Assembly (NCBI RefSeq): GCF_964355755.1
Contig: NC_092675.1
Location: 8,241,812-8,305,811, forward strand
Origin: Antedon mediterranea
Lineage: Eukaryota > Animalia > Echinodermata
DNA length: 64,000 nt
Direction of reading: 5' to 3'
Shown here: positions 56,158 through 64,000 of the stretch, one piece after another
How the letters are laid out: each line of letters opens with the position of its first letter
How positions within the stretch are numbered: position 1 is the first letter of the stretch
Program-made: the position numbers and the translations under genes
Notes under the pieces: model-generated
What the model saw: only the letters and a program-made list of their open reading frames with translations
Told to the model about the DNA's origin: nothing
Databases searched by the model: none

Positions 56158-59100
56158 GTAATATTGCTGATCAAACATGTTTTACTAGTAAACCTGTTCG
56201 CTCACTTGGTCCCAAAGATGATGGTGCTTTTGTTGGTAGCTATATTGAGTATGTAGAAGATCCACAAACACTCAACGTAACATTGGGGCGGATACTGGAT
56301 ACTGGAGGTGGTGCTATCATACAAAAAGCAGATTCAGAACCATATGAAAGACATTTTAAAAACAAGCGCTATGTTTACAGGGAACTTTTGTCAGTAGAAA
56401 CTGGCACTCACAGAGTTGGTGCTTTCTTTTGTAATGTGACCGGGTTGAGAAATCAAACGTCACCATCATACATTCCTGTAATTATATTAGCAAAGGACGG
56501 TTAGTCTTTTTAAAATCCATTGATTGACATACCATCATAATTGTAATGAGATATAGTTCATTAATTGTAAACTAGTATTTTTTAACATACGTGTCAAGAC
56601 AGTTTTGTGAAACTGCCAGCTAGACCGGGACTTAGACTTATAATGTTTAATAATAATTGTAATACTAATTGTAATAATAATTGTAATTACATGTTATTGG
56701 CAAGAGTATCAAGTAATGTGACACTCACCCATTAAAAAATAGCATATTATTCAAGGCTGTGTTCGGACGTAAAATCAGTTTACATGTGTAACTTTACATG
56801 TGTAATTAGTGATCATTCGGACGATGAACAATTTACACGTGTAAAGGTCATATTTCATGCATCTCTTTACACTATTAAGGTCAAATTGCTCCTTATCTTG
56901 CGGTTAATCAGCTTGCGGTTTAAGGTGTAATTGAAAAATCCACCTCATGAGGTGGATTTTTGAAACAGCAAGTTTACCTCAAAATTTACACCACACGCGA
57001 CCATTACACGTGTAAATTTGTTCCGTCCGAACGGGCTCAAAGTGTTCACAACCAATTTGTATAGCATACAGTAACACAAGTCCTTTAGATTATTTTCTAT
57101 GTGTACAGTATATACTTTTTTTTTTCTATTATATTTTAGTGATAATCAGTAAAAATGATTAAAAAACTCGTAGTAATTGTTTTTGCAGCATATATAAAAC
57201 CTGAAAGGCAAACACAGACAGTCAGTTTTGGGGAAACTGCTACAATACAGATGACTTTAACGGAAGGTGATGCAGTTAACCTGAGATGGCGACTCAATGG
57301 AAATGTTATTGACATTTGGTCTGGTTCCAGCGATATCACAATTCCATATGTCACAAAAGACGACATTGGTATATATGAATGCTACCTAAATGACAGAAGA
57401 GACGAAAGTAAACATGCCATTGTAAGACTTATTGTACGAGGTATGTATTAAATTAATGAAGTTGTTTCACATTCTATTATATGGCTCTCATCTAAATTAT
57501 TAACACAATAAAATATGTCTTTGGTTGTTATTCTTCCTGACTAATGTTTTTCTTTTCATATTATTAGACTACAGTAGACTTCAATATTCATATTCTTGTG
57601 TGGAAAGAATCATATCGTATCTATCATACATCGTATTACTAAATTTGATCTAATCACCAACCATAATGAAAATCTGGTACATTTTTTCTACTACCAATTA
57701 TGTTTCCAGTTGACTGATTACAACATTTTTGGAGTACAGTACTTTAATACTTAAGACTATTTCCATCAAAGGTTACATAAATCATCATTAAAGCATTGTG
57801 ATACATTTCTTAATTTTCATAATTTATTCATTCATGTTTTTAATACTTTTTGCAGGTTGCTCAGCCTCTCATTATGGTACTGATTGTCAGAACTTCTGTC
57901 CTACATGTTATAATGGTGGTGTGTGTGATGATGTCTCTGGACTCTGTGTATGTCCACCAGGATTCAAAGGAGAAGACTGTAGTGAAGGTATAGAAAAATA
58001 CATGTGTCATTGATTAATAATGGTATTTTTAAAATTTGGTACCAAATAATATAATAGGGAGGTTTCGCAACCTTACGAATACGATAACGAAAACCGATAC
58101 CTCATACATTTGTGAAACTTTTGAGCTGATCCTCATTTCATATTCCTAAAGCGTATTCGTGTTGACGAATATCACCAGTCATATTCGTAACTAAAAAACG
58201 AGTATAGTTTTTGATCTATTTTGCACATTTTGCATTTGAATCGGGAATGATTCATGATTATAATATAATTATAGATTTATTGAAAGTAATTTACTAAAGT
58301 AATTTACTAAAATGCCAAGTAAATTTTGATAAATAGCAGTTTTTAAAGTCCTCACTCGCTTTGATGTTACGTTAGGCCTAGGCAGCCAAGCACCAAGCAA
58401 CACGTACTTGCGCTTCGCTCAAATTTACCGCAGTCATATTTTGGACGCGCCTCGATATTTCGTTGCCATGCGAAACAGATTTTTTTATGGCTTACGAAAA
58501 CGAATACGTGTGCGTGACGTATCCGTTTTCGTTATCGTATTCGTAAGATTGCGAAACCTCTCTATATTTTTTTGGATTGGCAACAATCTGCCCAACTAGT
58601 GCACTGTGTCACTTTCACAGTCCAAATACACTTGTTTGTTATTTGAAATAAATTTTGGAAAACCCACTCACCAATAGTACAGAGCAACATGAAACCTGTA
58701 AGTAATTAATATAAACAATTTATATTTGGTTTTATATTTTTATATAAGTGTGGAATCTCTTGGTTTTCGAGATTTAGATGCCTATGTTTGTTTGTTCCTC
58801 TATAATCTCTTTGAATTCATACAGGCTGAATTGTAGTTGTTGGCCAGACCAGTTTATACATTAATATTAATGATTGTTCAGATAGCAATTGCATTTTTAT
58901 AACACTTTTGTTAACATTTTATTATACCATATTTTTCTATGTATTTTTCTAAATTTGTTAAATGTCGGTTTTATTGTATCGTTGAAGTTGACAGGGGCTG
59001 GTCAAGCACATCACAAGATGACAGTTTTATACTTTTGCTTTTCCGCTACTCCCCTGTTATACTTATATGTTTGTTTTTTTTTTGCTATGTAGAAAGATTG

Positions 59101-62100
59101 ACAATAAAATACAATTCAGCCCACACTTGATATTATTTTGACGTTTAAAACTCTCACAGTATATGCTCTATTACAAATATTTTTGTAAAATCGTGACCTC
59201 ATGTTTTTTGCTGTGGTGGACATTTATTAGGATCGATTGTAGAAAATTTATTTATCTTAATTTTCTGGACCAGATCAGCTTTCTTTCTTCCATTAGTATT
59301 GTCAAATTTAAATCCTTAAGTCTGTACTCATATTTCTTAAATCGCTAACCAATATAGTTGATCTCTGTTTGGTCACAAACAAGGGAGACCAATAACTACC
59401 ACCATACTCAAGAGACGGTCTTATTATAGACCTATACAGACACATATATCCTTTGCTAATGTTTAAAAGATCTAAAAATAATGGTACTGTATACTTACTG
59501 TATTACACTACAGTATTATATTAACATTTTTATACCTATTACAATTATCAATGATGTTTCAAAAAATGTCCTGTTTCTGAGGGTATCTAGAAAACTCAGA
59601 TCTCAGATTTATCTGAGATTTCTTGATCTAGAAAACTCAGATATCTGACTTTTCTAGATCTAGAAAACTCAGTTATCAAGATCTGACTTTTCAGATCACC
59701 AAATGGATCATTCCATTATTATCAGAGGGTAGCTTGTTTGAAATACTACAGTATTATACGTTTTCTTACTAGGCCCTAGTAATAAAAATGATTGTAACTT
59801 GTAGTAGCAGCCTACAACTTAAATCATAAAGAAATACAGTATACACCTTTTAAAATGTAGTCTTGACATTTAGGCCTAGCCTTTAGGCCTAGCCTTTAGG
59901 CCTAGCCTTTAGGCCTAGCCTTTAGGCCTAGCCTTTAGGCCTAGCCTTTAGGCCTAGCCTTTAGGCCTAGCCTTTAGGCCTAGCCTTTAGGCCTAGCCTT
60001 TAGGCCTAGCCTTTAGGCCTAGCCTTTAGGCCTAGCCTTTAGGCCTAGCTAAGCAAACTCAATTCAAGGCTCAACGTGTCGGCGCTATCGTGATGTATCG
60101 CGAAGAGTAGGCTTGGTCCTAACCCCTGGTTTTAACGGTAACATGCACTGTATTTTCTTTATGATTTCAGCCATATGCCGCTTCTACATGTCACAATATT
60201 AGTAAGAAAACGTACACAGTAATCAGTTTTAATAATATTTTAGTATTTCAAATGACCTACCTTCTGATTAATAATGGAATGATTCAAATCATTTGATGAT
60301 CTGAGTTTTCTTGTTCCATTCTGGTACTAGAAAACTCAGATATATTTGAGACCTGAGTTTTCTAGATCTGAGTTTTCTAGACACCCTGTTTCTGATAATA
60401 AAAAACTAAAATTTATTGTGAAAATGGTATCTCAATTTACTAATACTATATTTAAAAAAAAAGTATTATTAAAATGTAAAATTTGTTTAATGATAGGTTG
60501 TGGAAATAACCATTGGGGAAGAACATGTGTCAATCTGTGTAGCAGTCGCAATCCTGGTTGTCCGGATCAAATGGGATGTGTTCCTGATCCATTAGGATGC
60601 TCTTGTATGGCTGGTTATAAAGATCTTGACTGCAAAGGAAGTAAGTAATATAATGCATTATTTCTTTAGGTTGGCAATAATACAATTTAAATAATATTTT
60701 TCTTTACGCTTTGCAAATGAGATTAAATTTGTAACTCTGTAGCAATTCTATTATACATTTACAAAAGGGAATAATTCAGTAATCACGCATTACGTGGTAT
60801 AGGTGTCATGTCAAATGTTCCAATTTTATCATTACTATATTTTGTAATAAAACATATGTGGCTACACTTTTTTCCAACTGCTCCCCTTGATGAAATAGTA
60901 ATATTTTTCACAATTAAAAGCAGATTTTTTCTAGATTTGTGTTTTTTTAAACAGCCATACAACCATAATTATATCTATTAAATAATGTATATTTTATTGT
61001 GGATAATTTTCTGACCTTGTGGAAAATAAATACAGTAGCAAGGATCTTATATTCTCACTTTACAAAATGTAATGTATAGTAGAATAAGCTCCAATATATT
61101 AACATTTTTTTATTTTAACAATAGTACAACATTAATATTTTGAGTGAATTATTGTAGGAGATCCATTGTTCAAATATTGTTACATATAGTACAACATGTA
61201 GTATTTTATACCATTTTAACAAGAATTCTATTCCACTTTAAAATATATATGCTTCATGTAGTACTAGTATGTACTGTTTAAAAAAAAAGTTATATTTGCT
61301 GAATTTAACCAACTAGATGGTACGCTCGCTTCGCTCGCGTACCATCTAGGTCGTGCCCACAGATGGTTCTCGAATACTATACACAGTAATTTCAGCGTCA
61401 CAAAACTGGCGATTTCAAATGTACGTAGGCCTACCGCAGGACTATAATACATTGTCATTTACAGAAACGGATAAATAGACACGATGATTTATGTAGTCAA
61501 CTAAAATTAGCACCCTGGGAATTACTTCCGAAGGAGAAACTTATCACAAAATGAGTCCAAATCAAATTTGGACTCATTTAAAGAAACCCAATGTGTGTTT
61601 TGTATGGGCTTTTTTATATTAGGGTTGAGGGATGGGAAAGCGGATAGGTACAAAGAGGAACAATTTTTAAATATATTCTTTATCCACTCAGTAACGAAAT
61701 ATTTGTTTCGTGTTTTATATGTAGGCCTATAAATAATATACCTCTAAATACAGTAAAACATTTGCGATTTAATACTTTGTTAAAACTGTCACTGTCATAA
61801 TCGATTGAAATATTAAAGTACATGTCACGATACACCACTACGACGTTTATTTTATTGGTAATTATTAATCAATTCAAACGTTGAGAAGGAACTGTCAGTA
61901 TAAAGTTTATTTGTATATAATAATGTGTTTATATATCTAACAGTAGATCCTATCCACAATCTCAGTAATAAAGTTTATCTGTATATATTTTTATATTACA
62001 TCTAACAGTACGAACATTCACAGTAAGAAATTCAAATGAGGACTAAAAATAGTTAAAAAATAGGTATTTACAGTATTGTCAAAGTATTGCAAGTTTATTC

Positions 62101-63551
62101 TCAAAGGGCCCATATCTTTACCTACCGTATGTGTTAAACCAAGGGCTCATAAATTTACCTACTTGTGTTAAACCAAACTCTGGCAGACTGAGAGATTGGG
62201 ATGTTCCATTCATCGCAAATCAATACATTTGTATAATCATATATTAAATCTATCAAAATAGTATTTTTTAAAGAAAATCGGCCTGTCTTCAACATTATGA
62301 TGGTGTACTCTAGCTGTTCAACCGGTTTTCAGCTATTAAAAACAATTATCGTAGGAGGAGATAGGAAAATGCGAAGCCTCCTCGCATTTTTGTGGCGGGT
62401 ATTTTTCAAGATGGACATCCATTAGACAGTGTATACCACCATCGGAAAACACCCCTATTTGGGGCAAATCGTTGAACCTAAATTCGTTTTAATCGTCAAT
62501 AACTAATTATCTAACTTAATTTAATAAGTAAACAGGGTTACATCAGGTGGTTAAAATCAGTACCGAAAGTACGAACCAACTTTATATACCATCGAGTAAA
62601 AATTCTAGAAGTAAGGCGCGATTTACCGAATTTTGCCCTTACGTAAATTTATATATAGATACAATTATTGCACATTAACATAGAGTTTTCATTTTTCGTA
62701 ATGAAATGTTTTATTTTTTAAATACCACTTAAAACTTACAAACAGCAAAACAATTGTGGTTATCATATTTTCCACAGCCTGTGGAACAGGGTATTATGGA
62801 TCAACATGTAGTGAACAATGTCACTGTGCTCCTGGTGTGACATGTGATCCAAGCAGAGGCTGTCCAGATGGACCATGTGAGGCTGGATATTCTGGAACAA
62901 ACTGTCAAGGTTTTAAGACTTATTTTTTTATTGAAGTAAAATGTTATCTGTGATTGAACCATTCTCATTCATTTATGATAAAAAAATTTCAGACAAACTA
63001 TGCTTACCTAATTATAGACTTCAAACATCAACATCAAATATTTGTTATTTATATACAAAAATATTAAATGGACTGGTAGAGTATTTTTTGTGCCTTACCT
63101 GTGTATATACAGACAAAAGCCTTTGTCTACGAAGTGAGAGATGCAATATGGAAAATAACACAATGGCTCATTGGTATATATTCCCACTTAAGTTTGAGCT
63201 TCCCAGACTGTAAATAGAACTTTTAACTAAAAACTTATCTGTTTATCCAGGTAAAGCAGCACTTACAAAGTACCAACACCAATGTTATGTTGTTTAATAA
63301 TTATTGACCATAATTTATTAAAATGAAAGTGATAATTTTGATGTTACTTCAGTTTCTTCATGACATGCACTGAAATTGTGTCTGTTGTTAAATATTTTAT
63401 TTAGTTCCTGACAGTTGCACTAATGGACGGTATGGGGAGCTATGTAAGTACCAGTGTCATTGTGATGATGATGGACCATGTGACAGAAACACAGGAAGCT
63501 GTAGTGATAGAAAATGTAAACATCTTTGGATAGGATCTGATTGCCAACTTG
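56158..63551 (+). CDS. Tie-like (angiopoietin-receptor-like) protein, extracellular exons 56158-56499, 57189-57440, 57856-57987, 60497-60640, 62778-62909, 63405-63551; partial
   Basis: All exons are phase 1, GT-AG and open. Ig-like (RVGAFFC), Ig (LRWRLNG..DDIGIYEC..AIVRLIVRG), then EGF CPTCYNGGVCDD.SG.CVCPPGF.G..C and the Tie-type CVPDPLGCSC, plus two further EGF exons. The first exon and any kinase domain were not seen. Confidence 0.8.
56755..57037. mobile_element. MITE (Harbinger-like, 3-bp TSD caa)
   Basis: ggctgtgttcggacg...cgtccgaacgggct with tttacatgtgtaa / ttacacgtgtaaa subterminal motifs; caa on both sides. Confidence 0.6.
58056..58563. mobile_element. MITE with ~50-bp TIRs (ISL2EU/Harbinger-like, AT flanks)
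   Basis: agggaggtttcgcaaccttacgaatacgataacgaaaac / gttttcgttatcgtattcgtaagattgcgaaacctctct. Confidence 0.8.
59581..60386. mobile_element. MULE-like MITE with 9-bp TSD
   Basis: TIR gggt.tctagaaaactcagatct; tgtttctga is duplicated at 59572-59580 and 60387-60395. Confidence 0.8.
59869..60049. repeat. Perfect 13-bp minisatellite (taggcctagcctt)n, about 14 copies
   Basis: Read directly from the sequence; it lies inside the MULE-like MITE. Confidence 0.95.
61313..61349. repeat. Hairpin ctagatggtacgc-(tcgcttcgctc)-gcgtaccatctag, probable Helentron/HINE end; related motif at 27652-27688
   Basis: 13-bp perfect stem; the loop motif gctcgcttcgctcgc recurs in reverse (gcgagcgaagcgagc) at 27662. Confidence 0.5.
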
Positions 63552-64000
63552 GTAAGCAATGCTGTTATCAATTTCCATTTGAACGTTCAGATTTTGAATA
63601 TTGTTATAAAAGACAAAACCTGTACAATCCTGTTTAAAGACGTATTGTCGCCCTGAAAAAATAAATAATTTTGTTGTTGAATATGCCATTTTAATGTCAC
63701 ATAGGCCTAATAGTTGTCCACTTTGACCAAAAATTGGATAAAAAAAAATTTGTTACCTGAAAAAACGGTAATTTAAAGCAAAAAAACATTCAAATTGGCT
63801 GCAATGGATTTTTGGTTGAATTTAACCATTTATTTACTCATTTTTATACAGAAGTAATTACCTTTATTAAAAATAACCTATTAATTTGATTAAATTAATC
63901 TTTATTTTTCATATTTTTGGGGGACAATGCATCTTTAACAAATTTACAAGATTTAGATATTTTGTAATGTTTTCTTAATTGCTAGTTTGTTTTACAGTTA

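Overview
AT-rich, intron-containing eukaryotic DNA, probably from an invertebrate deuterostome such as an echinoderm (inferred from Deu/Nin-type SINEs, a Gmr1-like element and a Tie-like gene). About half or more of the window is transposable-element sequence, often nested. 1-13.6 kb is a nest: a degenerate KolobokP-like remnant (convergent KolX/P2X7-ballast-like gene and Kolobok transposase tail), and a Mag-like LTR element inserted into a chitin-binding exon and then hit by a full-length Gmr1-like Gypsy (SCAN-like gag, PR-INT-RT-RH order) and two TTAA elements. 13.6-46 kb holds a cluster of secreted chitin-binding (CBM14/peritrophin-A) genes and relics. One model, signal peptide + 5 cbEGF + CBM14 (17250-25720), shares its promoter and first exon with a 2xCBM14 gene (43883-45889), which suggests recent exon shuffling. 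The cluster is interspersed with a Penelope remnant carrying hammerhead-like motifs, an RTEX-like LINE split by nested TIR elements, three TAG-ended long-TIR (Academ-like) elements, HINE-like repeats, SINEs and a tRNA-Ala-derived sequence. 46.5-51.8 kb is a second Gypsy element. 56-64 kb holds the Ig/EGF exons of a Tie-like receptor that runs off the window. All calls were made by eye and none was confirmed by database search.
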